Positions 40,395 to 50,546 of a stretch of DNA of 64,000 nucleotides are shown piece by piece; the first letter of the stretch is position 1; every line of letters starts with the position of its first letter. The position numbers and the translations under genes were made by a program. The notes beneath the pieces were generated by a model, which searched no databases, was not told where the DNA came from, and saw nothing but the letters and a program-made list of their open reading frames with translations. This DNA comes from an uncultured Prevotellaceae bacterium (GTDB taxonomy: Bacteria > Bacteroidota > Bacteroidia > Bacteroidales > Bacteroidaceae): NCBI GenBank assembly GCA_947169245.1, contig CAMVPA010000011.1:4241-68240 (forward strand). Reading direction: 5' to 3'.

Positions 40395-41081
40395 ATGTTC
40401 CGCCGCCTCTTAGACTTCATCGCCCCGCGCTCCTGCGTCGTCTGCGGACGGCGGTTGGGTGTCAGCGACGACATTCTCTGTCCCTCGTGTGTGCTCCATC
40501 TGCCGCGTACTGACTTCCACCAGTCGCCCGTCGACAATCCCATGGCGCGCCTGTTCTGGGGCATCATCCCCGTCGAGCGTGTCGCCGCCTACACCTACTA
40601 CGCTCCTGGCAGCGAGCTGGCGCGGGTGGTCTACGAGCTGAAGTACCACGACCGTCCCGACATCGGCGTTGCCTTGGGACGCATGATGGCCACCGAGATG
40701 CAGACTGCTGGTTTCTTCGACGGCATCGACCTGCTGGTGCCCGTTCCCCTGGCTCCGCGCCGCGAGCGCCAGCGCGGCTACAACCAGAGCCGCCAGATTG
40801 CCGTTGGCGTCAGTGAGGTCAGCGGCCTGCCCATCGGCGACTGCGCCGTGCGCCGCACCGTCTTCAAGGGCAGTCAGACCGAGCTCTCGCGCTGGGATCG
40901 TCAGGAGAACGTCGAGGACGTCTTCCGCCTGCGCGATGCCGACAGCCTGCGCGGCCGTCACGTCCTCCTCGTCGACGACATCGTCACCACCGGCGCCACC
41001 GTCACCGCCTGTGCCCGCGAGCTCCTGAAGGCCGACGGCGTCCGTGTCAGCCTCCTCGCCTTCGGCTACTCGAAGACGTAA
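40395..41081 (+). CDS. comF: ComF family (zinc ribbon + PRTase)
   Basis: CVVC..CPSC, LKY, VPVPL...RGYNQ, LLVDDIVTTGAT. Confidence 0.93.
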   Translation: MFRRLLDFIAPRSCVVCGRRLGVSDDILCPSCVLHLPRTDFHQSPVDNPMARLFWGIIPVERVAAYTYYAPGSELARVVYELKYHDRPDIGVALGRMMATEMQTAGFFDGIDLLVPVPLAPRRERQRGYNQSRQIAVGVSEVSGLPIGDCAVRRTVFKGSQTELSRWDRQENVEDVFRLRDADSLRGRHVLLVDDIVTTGATVTACARELLKADGVRVSLLAFGYSKT

Positions 41082-41172
41082 TCCGGTATCTGTTCTTGCG
41101 AAGAAAATCGGGCGAAGTTATTTGTAGTTACCAAAATTATTCGTAACTTTGCAGCCAAATAATAGAGGGGAT

Positions 41173-44100
41173 ATGTCTGCTGACTCGAATTCACCGACGG
41201 CAAACCTTGATTACAGAAGAAAGGTTGAGAAGCTTTATGAGAGCATCGTCAGGCTGTCTGATTTGGCCAATAACGAATCAGAGACTTCGGCGGTGTTCGA
41301 GCGTGAGCTTTACTTCTTTCTTCGTCAGGAGATGGGAGTCACTGTTGATGTGAGAAAGGAACCGTCGGTAGAAGGGTTAGTCCACACGTTCCGGGGGCTG
41401 TCAAACAGGAAGAGTGGAAAGGGGAGGCTTGACGCCGTTATCAACAACCTGATTATCGAGTATAAACACCATTCTGTGCTGAATGGTGAGACGGCTGTGT
41501 CGTCGGCCGTTCATCAGGTGGAAGACTATCTGACAGCAAAGAAACAGCTGGAGGACGTTCCGTTCGACGCCGTCTTGACAGATGGCCTTCGCGTCTCCTA
41601 TTTCTCGTTTGTGGAGAATGAGGTTTGTCATACACCGTTGAGAAAAATGACTGCTGACGATGTCGATAAGATTATCCAGGCCATCCTGCACCAGCATACG
41701 AAAAAATTTACGCCTCGCAACATTGCTGCCGACTTCTCCATATCTGTTCAGTCCGATTCCCTTGCTCGGCAGTTGGCTATAGCACTCTTTGTTGCTTTGA
41801 GGGAGCAGATGACCGGAAAGAGTCAGATGCTTTACTCGGAATGGAAGAGTCTGATACACCTTTCCATTGACGACAATGGCAAGAGTACTGACATTGAAAA
41901 GCGCCGTCGTGACTTGACAGACATCTTCCGTTGTCCTATTGATGATACCGAGAGTGAGTATATGGCTCTTTACGCATTACATACCACTTACGCCATCATT
42001 GTGAAACTGATTGCCTGTAAGGCGTTGGAGGAGAGCTCCGGCGAACGCGAAAGCTCACTGTCGGACCTGTCATCAGCGAAGATGCAGCAGTTTTTCCTGC
42101 GAATGGAAGACGGCTTAGCCTATCGTCATGTGGGTGTGCATAATCTGTTGGAAGGCGACTTCTATTCGTGGTATGCTGATGCACAGCAGTGGAATGACGA
42201 TTTCTGGCGCCACACCCAGCCTATTGTGGCTGTCATTGAGGAGTATTCGGCCTTTTCGCTCAGTGTAAGATACGCTCCTGTCGATATATTCAAGGATCTG
42301 TACATGTGCATGATTCCCCAGTCTGTCCGTCATTCCATGGGCGAGTATTTTACCCCGGAATGGTTGGCTGACAGTGTCATCAGTGGTGCGGTCGAGACCA
42401 TTGGCAACCCGTCGTGGCGGGCCATCGACCCCTGTTGTGGCTCCGGCATTTTCCTCATTGCCCTCATCAGAAAGGTTGTGGGCGACACCGATGTGAACGA
42501 GCTGACCGAAGAAGGGCGTCAACACCTGATTGAAGAGATTGTGCATCGCGTCCACGGCGTAGATATCAACCCCTTGTCGGTACTCTCTGCCCGCGTCAGT
42601 TACTATCTGGCGCTGAACCTGATTGGGCGGGTCAGGGATATTGAGATTCCTGTTTATCTGGGCGACTCTGCCTTAGTGCCCGTTCGCGAAGTCATTGACG
42701 GTTTCAACTGCTACAGCTATTCCATCCATAACCTCAAGGACGAGACCATTCATGTGGTGCTGCCGGAAAGAATCGTGGAGTCCGACGGGTTTGTACGCCT
42801 GATGAGCGATATACAGTCGATGGTGAACGTTGAAAGTGAGGATGCTATCATGACTGTACTGGAAGCGCAGCTCACTGCCAAGGAGCGTGATTCACTGACA
42901 CTGCTGAGCCACCTGCAGTCGCTCGCCAATAGTCTGGTTCGCCTGCATCGTAACAACTGGGACGGCATCTGGGTGCGCATCATCACCAACTTTATGATGG
43001 TGGCCCGACTGAACAGGTTCGACATGATTGTAGGCAATCCGCCCTGGGTGAAATGGGAACATCTGCCGGCAGCCTACACACGTCGCATCAAAGATTTCTG
43101 CGATGTGCGTCACATTTTCTGCAACGATGGTGGCATGTATGGCGGAGCGCAGCTGAACATCTGTGCACTTATCAGCAATGTCGTGGCAACCAGCTGGCTG
43201 ACAGAAGAGGGTACGCTGGCTTTCCTGATGCCCGACAGTATCATGTCGCAGAACTCCTATGAGGAATTCCGTAATTTCTATACCGACTACGCCAAGCGCG
43301 AACGGATGTACCTGAACAGGATTGACCGCTGGATGGCTCCGCTCCGCCCGTTCAAGGTTGGTAAAAAGTCGGTGGCACAAGACTTCAACACCTATTACTA
43401 TCGCCGCCAGCATGTGGACTATGCGCAAGGTGTTCCTGTCAAGACCATCAGCAAGCAGCGCGGCGTGAGCGACCAGGTAGTCAATGCCTGCCAGACTTGG
43501 AAAGAAGCCCTGAGGTATCTGACCATTGAGGACAGTCTGGCCAAGCAGCTGTCGGCGACTTCGACAGCCTTTACATACGTCTCGTCACAATTCGACTTCA
43601 CTCCTATTATCGGCCCGACAGCCTACCATTATCGCACAGGAGTGGAATCGACGCCGTTTGAGATTTTCAAGATGTTGGGAGTAGGCCCCTCAGAGATGGG
43701 CAGTACGCACTATCGATTCAGGAACAAGCAATTGAAGACCTCGCGCTACAAGGTGGAAGACATACCGGCGGAAGGATGGGATTTTGACACACGATATATC
43801 TATCCCATTGTGGAAGGCCCCTGCGTGAAACCCTTTGAGTACGACACGGGAAACAATTACCACATCATTCCGTACGAGCCGGAGAATACGCAGGAGCCCC
43901 TCGGCATGAAGGAACTATACAAGCAGAGCCCCAGCCTTGCCGTCTACTTTGCCGACCATAAGTCGCTACTCGACCAGCAGTCGGAAAAGAGCAAGACCAT
44001 GCATCGCGGCGACGAGTTCTACGCCCTATCCAAGATAGGCCCATATACGTTTGCCCCTCATGTTGTGGCTGCGCGCGACAACTCCGCCTTCTGTGCCAGC

Positions 44101-44460
44101 GTCATCCGTCCCACGATGACCCCTTGGGGGGAGTTGAAGCAGTCGGTATGCGTCAAGCACACCATCATCATCAGTCAGGACACCGATGGCCATTTCATCA
44201 GCGAGGACGAGGCACACTACATCAACGGTGTCCTGAACAGCAGCATTGTCAAGGCATACATTCACAGCACCTTCAAAACCAATGGTTTCAGCTTGAAGAA
44301 ATCACATCTCTACCTGCCGAAGTTCAATCCGGAGAATGTCATTCAGGCAAGAATAGCACATCTATCGAAGGAGGCCACCGGAAATGCCGGCAAGAGACTG
44401 CGTATCATGGACGAACTGACGACGGAATATCTGAAGCTTTGTGCATCGCGCGGTCGGTAA
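41173..44460 (+). CDS. Type IIG-like fused restriction endonuclease / N6-adenine methyltransferase
   Basis: N-terminal RLD..(n)..IEYK nuclease motif; GEYFTP, IDPCCGSGIF, GVDINP, IVGNPPWV; long C-terminal TRD-like region; TAACTTTG box upstream. Confidence 0.85.
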   Translation: MSADSNSPTANLDYRRKVEKLYESIVRLSDLANNESETSAVFERELYFFLRQEMGVTVDVRKEPSVEGLVHTFRGLSNRKSGKGRLDAVINNLIIEYKHHSVLNGETAVSSAVHQVEDYLTAKKQLEDVPFDAVLTDGLRVSYFSFVENEVCHTPLRKMTADDVDKIIQAILHQHTKKFTPRNIAADFSISVQSDSLARQLAIALFVALREQMTGKSQMLYSEWKSLIHLSIDDNGKSTDIEKRRRDLTDIFRCPIDDTESEYMALYALHTTYAIIVKLIACKALEESSGERESSLSDLSSAKMQQFFLRMEDGLAYRHVGVHNLLEGDFYSWYADAQQWNDDFWRHTQPIVAVIEEYSAFSLSVRYAPVDIFKDLYMCMIPQSVRHSMGEYFTPEWLADSVISGAVETIGNPSWRAIDPCCGSGIFLIALIRKVVGDTDVNELTEEGRQHLIEEIVHRVHGVDINPLSVLSARVSYYLALNLIGRVRDIEIPVYLGDSALVPVREVIDGFNCYSYSIHNLKDETIHVVLPERIVESDGFVRLMSDIQSMVNVESEDAIMTVLEAQLTAKERDSLTLLSHLQSLANSLVRLHRNNWDGIWVRIITNFMMVARLNRFDMIVGNPPWVKWEHLPAAYTRRIKDFCDVRHIFCNDGGMYGGAQLNICALISNVVATSWLTEEGTLAFLMPDSIMSQNSYEEFRNFYTDYAKRERMYLNRIDRWMAPLRPFKVGKKSVAQDFNTYYYRRQHVDYAQGVPVKTISKQRGVSDQVVNACQTWKEALRYLTIEDSLAKQLSATSTAFTYVSSQFDFTPIIGPTAYHYRTGVESTPFEIFKMLGVGPSEMGSTHYRFRNKQLKTSRYKVEDIPAEGWDFDTRYIYPIVEGPCVKPFEYDTGNNYHIIPYEPENTQEPLGMKELYKQSPSLAVYFADHKSLLDQQSEKSKTMHRGDEFYALSKIGPYTFAPHVVAARDNSAFCASVIRPTMTPWGELKQSVCVKHTIIISQDTDGHFISEDEAHYINGVLNSSIVKAYIHSTFKTNGFSLKKSHLYLPKFNPENVIQARIAHLSKEATGNAGKRLRIMDELTTEYLKLCASRGR

Positions 44461-44618
44461 TAGCCATCTTTTCGTAGGGTTAGAAGTGTGGCAAGCACGG
44501 GAGTTCTATATCATTTCGGGTATAATTTAAGCGGTAAAGCTAAAATTTATACCCGTTTGGGTATATTATGAAGACTTCCAGAAAGTCTTCAAGCAGGAAA
44601 CGGGCGTGTCGCTTTGTT

Positions 44619-46046
44619 TTATCGGCGCTGCACATACCAGCCGTGGCGGCCGTCGATGGCACCGTACTGGAAGCCGAGGCGGCGCAGGGCGCGGCCCAGT
44701 GCGATGAGCGAGGGGAGGTCGGCCTTGCGTACGTGTTGCGACAGCTGCTGCTGGATGTCGGTGGCCGACAGGAAGGTGTCCTTGCTGCGCGGTGCCGGTT
44801 CGTAGTAGGTCTCGACAATCATCTCGGGCGTCTGCTGGATGGTGTACTGCTCATTGTGCTGGCTGATGGTCTGCTCCTCGTCTTTCGTGAAGTACCACGA
44901 TGCGCCCTGCTGCAGCTCACTGACGGCCTGGGCGTAGAGGGCGCCGTAGTCGACGGGTGCCGACGTGTCGATGATGCCGTCAAGCTCCACACACAGGTAA
45001 CGGCGCGAGCCGGTGGGGTCGGTGAGCGGCTGGCGGTCGTTGGTGGTGGCGATGAACGAGGCCATGCGCGGCAGCATGAGGTACTGGTCGCTGCGCATCT
45101 TACGCGTCTGCACGTCGCGCTCGGTGAGCACGCGTTTGATCTTCGCCTGCTCGCGGTCGGTCTTGGCGTTATACTCGTCGATGTTCACCAGCAGCATGCG
45201 GCTGAGCATGCGCTCCACCTGCTCGGCATTGTCGAGCTTGATGTCGTCGATGTAGTACTCGCGCAGGTGGTGCGGCAGCAGCTGCTTGCAGAAGGTCGAC
45301 TTGTGGGTGCCCTGTCTGCCGATGAGCAGCGGCACGATGGCATTGCCGTAGTCGCGGCTCCGCTGCTGCCACTGTGCCACCATGCCCAGGAACCAGCGGT
45401 GGAACAGGTCGGGCCATGCCTCGTAGTCGGTAGGCACGCGGCGTGCCAGCTGGCCGATGTGGTCGGTCTGTCCGTCCCACGCCGGCAGGTGGCCGAGGAA
45501 GTCGGCGACGGGACTGTAGTTGGGCGTCAGCGCCGAGCGCACGTAGAGCTCCACGTCGATGGACCAGGCCACGCCGACCTCCTCCATCTGCTCGAAGGCG
45601 ATGGCTCGCAGGTCGCGGTCGGTCAGTTGTCGCCAGCCCTCCCCATCCTTCTCCGGGGCCGCCGCAGACTCCTCCGGGGCCGCCGCAGACTCCTCAGAGG
45701 CCGCCGCAGACTTCTCCGGGGCCGCCGCAGCTCTCTCCGGGGCCGCCGCAGACTTCTCCGGGGCCGCCGCAGCTCTCTCCGGGGCCGCCGCAGACTTCTC
45801 CGGGGCCGCCGCAGAAAAGTTCCAGGCCGTGGAACATTTCTTTCGTGGCCGGAACTCCTCCGTTTGTTTCATGATGTTGTAGCGCAGTTCGTAGTGCTCC
45901 ATGAAGAAGCGCTTCACGCCGCTGGCAATGATTTTTTTGTCAGTCGACCCCTTTTGGTGCGACTGGCTGTCGCTGTCCTGCTGGCCGCCAAAGACCGTCT
46001 GGAGAGCGTGCAAGATGATATTCAAGATATACAAGATGTGTTTCAT
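44619..46046 (-). CDS. VirE / virulence-associated protein E-like P-loop ATPase
   Basis: ELRYN, WDGQTDHI, LLIGRQGTHKSTF, VNIDE, RMASFIATTN, LTDPTGSRRY; start taken at MKHILY. Confidence 0.85.
   Translation of the reverse strand: MKHILYILNIILHALQTVFGGQQDSDSQSHQKGSTDKKIIASGVKRFFMEHYELRYNIMKQTEEFRPRKKCSTAWNFSAAAPEKSAAAPERAAAAPEKSAAAPERAAAAPEKSAAASEESAAAPEESAAAPEKDGEGWRQLTDRDLRAIAFEQMEEVGVAWSIDVELYVRSALTPNYSPVADFLGHLPAWDGQTDHIGQLARRVPTDYEAWPDLFHRWFLGMVAQWQQRSRDYGNAIVPLLIGRQGTHKSTFCKQLLPHHLREYYIDDIKLDNAEQVERMLSRMLLVNIDEYNAKTDREQAKIKRVLTERDVQTRKMRSDQYLMLPRMASFIATTNDRQPLTDPTGSRRYLCVELDGIIDTSAPVDYGALYAQAVSELQQGASWYFTKDEEQTISQHNEQYTIQQTPEMIVETYYEPAPRSKDTFLSATDIQQQLSQHVRKADLPSLIALGRALRRLGFQYGAIDGRHGWYVQRR
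45650..45835. repeat. 8 x 21-nt tandem repeat plus terminal hairpin, in frame in the VirE-like gene
   Basis: ctccggggccgccgcagactt units encode AAAPEKS-type heptapeptides; followed by gttccaggccgtggaac. Confidence 0.9.
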
Positions 46047-46310
46047 ATAATTATAGTTGTTTAATGGGTTTTCTACCCTCACTTCCGGCACTTCCCGCAC
46101 TTTCGCCGGGTGCAATAAGTGCAAGAAGTGAGGGTCGTTTCGATGTTTATCCACTCTATATACGCGCGAGTGCGCGCAGGCGCCATTTGCGTTTGGCCTT
46201 GATGCCGTAGAGTGCATACTTGCACTGGCGGCAGACGGCGCGGCGCGTGCCCGTGGGGTAGAGTTCAAACTCCTCATCGGGCAGCGTGCGGCCGCAGTTC
46301 CTGCAGGTCT

Positions 46311-46754
46311 TCATCTGACGCGGTAGTTAGGGAACGACTGGTGACGGTTCTCGCGCGGGTCGAGACACACCGAGCAGTGTATCCACATGGCGCCGTCGCG
46401 GCGGTGCTCGAAGAGCAGCTGGTCGAAGTCGACGTTGGCCACTATCCAGCGGTAGTAGGCGCGGCCCGTCTCCTGGTTGGGCAGGTAGATGTCGACGGCC
46501 TCGCCGCTGAGGTGTTTCGAGCACCCTACACCTCCCACGCCCTCGTTGACCACCGGGGAGCGGAAGGCACTGTTGATGCGGATAGGCCCGAACTGTGCCC
46601 GCAGCGGCTCTAAGAGCACGCGGCACAGGTTCTCCAGGGCTGCCAGCTGCAGGCAGTCGGGCGTGTTGTCACGGTGGTGGCGCTCGGCCCATGCCGAGCG
46701 GGTCATCTCATAGTAGCTGAAGTGTGGTGTCAGCTGGAAATTCTTTCGTTTCAT
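46311..46754 (-). CDS. Peptidase M15 (D-Ala-D-Ala carboxypeptidase-like metallohydrolase)
   Basis: LTPHFS..E, LEPLR, INSAFRS..VN..VGG...SKHLSGEAVD, FDQL, WIHCS. Confidence 0.92.
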   Translation of the reverse strand: MKRKNFQLTPHFSYYEMTRSAWAERHHRDNTPDCLQLAALENLCRVLLEPLRAQFGPIRINSAFRSPVVNEGVGGVGCSKHLSGEAVDIYLPNQETGRAYYRWIVANVDFDQLLFEHRRDGAMWIHCSVCLDPRENRHQSFPNYRVR

Positions 46755-46995
46755 GTTCTTTTCGCTTTAAGTTTGACATTCGTGTTACTTGCAGCGAATA
46801 CCGGTATCGCTGGTGCAAAATTACGACTATTAGCGATACCCTCCAAGCACGGCGGGGTGCTTGGAACGGAAAAGGAACATGCGGAAGGAGTTTGGGAAGG
46901 AGTTTGGGATGAAGTTTGGAAAGGTAGGAGAAAAAAGTCGAGAGTCCTTTCTTTTTTTGCGTACTTATTTGTATCTTTGCAGCTCGAAAGCACCC

Positions 46996-47829
46996 ATGAA
47001 GCAATTCGAGAAGAAGAATATTCACCTCTTCTGTGAAGATATGTATGAGGGAATCAGTAGAATGGACGACGATACATTCGACCTCATCATCGTTGATCCT
47101 CCTTATGGAGCGTCATCCAGAAATTCATGGACTTATGACACCGCCAACCACTTGAAAGGTTTCGGCGGTGACTGGAAGCTAACGAGTGAGATGTGGGACC
47201 TGCTGAGTCAGAATGACTCGTTCTCAAGTACCTATCGCTGGCTTAGCGAACTGAAGAGGGTAGTCAAGTTGGAAGGCTCCATATGGATTCACTCTACTTA
47301 TCACAACTCAGGCTTTGTCAACGTCTGCTGCCAATTGTTGGGGTTGGAGATAATCAATGAAGTGGTTTGGTATAAGCGCAACTCTTTCCCCAACCTTTCT
47401 GGCCGTCGCCTGACAGCGAGCCACGAAACAATCTTATGGGTGCATAAGGGTGGTGAAAAGAACCGGAAGTACATCTTCAACTATGAATCGGCCAAGTCTT
47501 TTTCCTCCCCCACAGACAATATGAAGGAAGGCGGCAAGCAGATGCGGACGGTATGGGATATTCCTAATAACAAGAGCAAGGAGGAACTGAAATACGGTAC
47601 GCACCCCACACAAAAACCCCTCCGTATTTCTGAGCGTATCCTGTTAGTCTCAGGCGTCCATGGTGGCAAGCTGCTTGTTCCGTTTGCCGGTTCTGGTTCT
47701 GAAATGGTCTCCGGCTATCAGTATGGTATGGACGTGTATGGTTTTGAGATAGATGAGAACTATTTCCACATCGCTGAGCAGCGCCTTCAGAACGTGTGTC
47801 AGCAGAAAGAGACCGATTTGTTCAGATGA
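46996..47829 (+). CDS. Site-specific DNA methyltransferase, beta class (m4C/m6A)
   Basis: IIVDPPY, HPTQKP, PFAGSGS, GFEID. Confidence 0.92.
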   Translation: MKQFEKKNIHLFCEDMYEGISRMDDDTFDLIIVDPPYGASSRNSWTYDTANHLKGFGGDWKLTSEMWDLLSQNDSFSSTYRWLSELKRVVKLEGSIWIHSTYHNSGFVNVCCQLLGLEIINEVVWYKRNSFPNLSGRRLTASHETILWVHKGGEKNRKYIFNYESAKSFSSPTDNMKEGGKQMRTVWDIPNNKSKEELKYGTHPTQKPLRISERILLVSGVHGGKLLVPFAGSGSEMVSGYQYGMDVYGFEIDENYFHIAEQRLQNVCQQKETDLFR

Positions 47830-48668
47830 AGAAGTATCCTGCAGTTATCAAATGGTCGGGCAGTAAGAGGCTGGTAGCCTCACAACTGGCACAGCAGTTT
47901 CCCCGTTTTGAGCGGTATTTTGAACCGTTTGTTGGCGGTGGTGCGATGTTGCCGTATTCTCGCCATCGGAAGGGATTTGCGGGTGACATTATCCCTGAAC
48001 TTATTTGTCTGTGGAATGAAATCAAAGAACATCCATCGCGTGTTGCCGATGAGTATGAACGCCGTTGGAATGACTTGCAGAAAAGGGGTGCCGACGTCTA
48101 CTATATTGTCCGTGAAGACTTCAACCGTACTCGCAACTGCCATGATTTCCTGTTCCTGTCGCGTACATGTGTCAATGGCCTTATCCGTTTCAACGGGAAT
48201 GGAGATTTCAATAATTCCTTTCACCTGTCGCGTCCAGGCATCAATCCCGAAACATTCCGTCAGCAAATATATGAGTGGAGCAAGGCCGTAAGTTTGATAG
48301 AATTCAAAGCACAAGACTATCGAAGTACATTGGCCGACGCCTGTGAAGGAGACTTTGTCTTTTTAGATCCTCCGTATGGTGGAACGAAAGGCCGCTATAC
48401 AAAAGATGAGTTTGTGCTTAACGACTTTTATTTGGAACTGGAAAGGTTGAATCGGATGGGTGTGAAGTGGATGCTGACATTCGACGGAAAGGCTGGTGAG
48501 CGGTCATACGACTATGCTCCGCCTCAGGAACTGTATAAGGCAAAGTTCCTTGTCGATACAGGGAACTCAGCCTTCGTGAAGGTTGAGAACAAACGGATAG
48601 ACAAGATTGAAGAATCAGTCTACTTGAATTACGATATTGCCCTTTCTCCGGCAAATCTTTTTCAGTAG
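47826..48668 (+). CDS. Dam-like (D12 class) N6-adenine methyltransferase
   Basis: IKWSGSK, EPFVGGG, NGLIRFN..G.FN, FLDPPY; ATGA overlap with the preceding MTase. Confidence 0.92.
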   Translation: MKKYPAVIKWSGSKRLVASQLAQQFPRFERYFEPFVGGGAMLPYSRHRKGFAGDIIPELICLWNEIKEHPSRVADEYERRWNDLQKRGADVYYIVREDFNRTRNCHDFLFLSRTCVNGLIRFNGNGDFNNSFHLSRPGINPETFRQQIYEWSKAVSLIEFKAQDYRSTLADACEGDFVFLDPPYGGTKGRYTKDEFVLNDFYLELERLNRMGVKWMLTFDGKAGERSYDYAPPQELYKAKFLVDTGNSAFVKVENKRIDKIEESVYLNYDIALSPANLFQ

Positions 48669-50546
48669 TTTTACAAGTATCGCAGCCTCGTTTGTGCAGC
48701 TCACATGTAAGATGGTCTGCCTGTCTGAGGCATACTCAAAAGCCATTACGGCATCCAATCCCTTGTTGCTCAGGACGCTTTGCAGCTTTGTGCGCTGGGA
48801 GTATTCGAAAGCTCCCACTGACAGATTCTGATACTTCTTGATGCGTACACTACCGTCAACATTTGTTTCCCACTCCTTCTTATATGGTCGGCGGGCGGTA
48901 ACGGGTGAATCGAACAATACGTTGATGTAGTGCTTGAGACGTGTGCCGATGGTGGGTTCCAAATTCATGGCTTTTCCTTTTGACTCTATGGTCAGCAGTA
49001 TGTCAGAGCAGCGCCCTCTCACTTGTATGAAATGATCGGGACGTTTCCCTTCTAACTCTGACACCCTTGGCAACGATGTCCATCGGTATTCCGTCATGTC
49101 TTTACCCCAATAACTGATACCAGACCAGTCACCACCAGGGGGATTACACAATCCTTCGTATATGCCAATATCTTCATTTCCTACGAACAGCTGATGAATG
49201 GTGGTGTCGATGTCTTGTTCACCAATCACTTGGATTCTTGAATCTCTGTATGGGAATGATGGTGGATTCTTGCTGCCCGAGTATTTCCTATTCCCTGTTA
49301 ACAGAATAGGAGCGTCGAGATTAATACTATCTTGAATGGCATAGTCAGAACAACTGAGTACAGAAGCCCAAAGTCCATTGTCACCCTTGGAATCCTGTGT
49401 GGCTGGGATGCTCGTAGGTCCTGAAACGACTGAAAGAATAGTGGCGTCTTCGCCTATAATCATTCTGGTCAATGGGTTTAGTCCGCGGTCAGGACGGGAG
49501 TCTTCTCCTTTTGGTTTGAATCCCGTAATCCAAACAATGACTACAGGCCTGTCTTTCGCCAAACGAAAACGAAGCTGTGGATAGCACTTTCTTACTATGC
49601 AAGAAAACCGGTTGACCTCAGTAGACTGTATGACACAAATAGGCATGTCTTTTGAGCCAATAGTCAGACAATCCAAGTTTTGAAGCTCAGAACGTAGGCG
49701 CTTGTATGCACTGCTTGTCTTGACCTTGGCTGATGCCTTCTTTTTCCACTTCAGCGTTGTCATATTCTTGCATATCCAGTCGCACGGATGCTGTGCGTTC
49801 AGATATTTCTGCCAGTCCTCTCCTTGCAGTGTCCCTTTATTGCTGCGTTTGGCTACCATTTTCAAAGCTTTGGAGCTTAATGAGTCCATCGCCTGCGAGT
49901 AACTTTCATGATGAAGGATACAGCGGATGATGTCTATACACTCGCTGTCAGCCAGTATCTCCCGGTAGTCGTTTAGAACTTTCTGGCTAATGGAAGGATG
50001 ACGCATATACACTGGAAGACAACAAATAGTGTTACGCTTTGTGATAGACACATAGGAAAAAGGAACAAGCGGATTGGGGAAACGCGGTGCCTTTATCTCC
50101 CTTGTCTCTGAGTCCAGTTCTACACCACCTATTTCTGCAATATACAGATACGGGATTCCTGCCATCGCACAGGAATAGCCACGTCCGTTTCTTTGCCATG
50201 CATTGTTGCCGGCTGACAAGGCAGAACTGTACTCAATGCCAAGCAGTACTGTTTCCTTTCCATCGACTATTTCTGTCAAGTAGGAATCGGGTGTCTCTTT
50301 CAGTATGCCACCTTGGCTAAGTATTTCTTTTGTAATAGGGATGCCCCACCTGTCATATCCAGCCAATAATTCAACCTCATACTTTTGTCCCCCATTTGTC
50401 AGTATAGAATAACATGGTTTGAAAATGGGTGTATCATCTCGAAGTGAGATATGCGGTGCACCAAGTGCCTCAGATAACAGTCTTAGAGTGCGTTCACATT
50501 CCAAGATATTATCACCATGAATTCTAAGGAATCGTGTATTCGTCAT
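48615..50546 (-). CDS. Putative Type IIS restriction endonuclease with two nuclease-like centres (Mva1269I/BsmI-like by inference)
   Basis: TPD...IEYS..AGNNAWQR near the N-terminus and KRPD...IESK near the C-terminus; convergent on two MTases; AT-rich. Confidence 0.65.
   Translation of the reverse strand: MTNTRFLRIHGDNILECERTLRLLSEALGAPHISLRDDTPIFKPCYSILTNGGQKYEVELLAGYDRWGIPITKEILSQGGILKETPDSYLTEIVDGKETVLLGIEYSSALSAGNNAWQRNGRGYSCAMAGIPYLYIAEIGGVELDSETREIKAPRFPNPLVPFSYVSITKRNTICCLPVYMRHPSISQKVLNDYREILADSECIDIIRCILHHESYSQAMDSLSSKALKMVAKRSNKGTLQGEDWQKYLNAQHPCDWICKNMTTLKWKKKASAKVKTSSAYKRLRSELQNLDCLTIGSKDMPICVIQSTEVNRFSCIVRKCYPQLRFRLAKDRPVVIVWITGFKPKGEDSRPDRGLNPLTRMIIGEDATILSVVSGPTSIPATQDSKGDNGLWASVLSCSDYAIQDSINLDAPILLTGNRKYSGSKNPPSFPYRDSRIQVIGEQDIDTTIHQLFVGNEDIGIYEGLCNPPGGDWSGISYWGKDMTEYRWTSLPRVSELEGKRPDHFIQVRGRCSDILLTIESKGKAMNLEPTIGTRLKHYINVLFDSPVTARRPYKKEWETNVDGSVRIKKYQNLSVGAFEYSQRTKLQSVLSNKGLDAVMAFEYASDRQTILHVSCTNEAAILVKLLKKICRRKGNIVIQVD

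Noticed and set aside
45650-45815. Possible CRISPR array
   Set aside because: Contiguous 21-nt tandem units with no unique spacers, inside a CDS.
44568-46064. 498-aa plus-strand ORF with RGRRRLL repeats
   Set aside because: Antisense shadow of the VirE-like gene, which carries the recognisable motifs.
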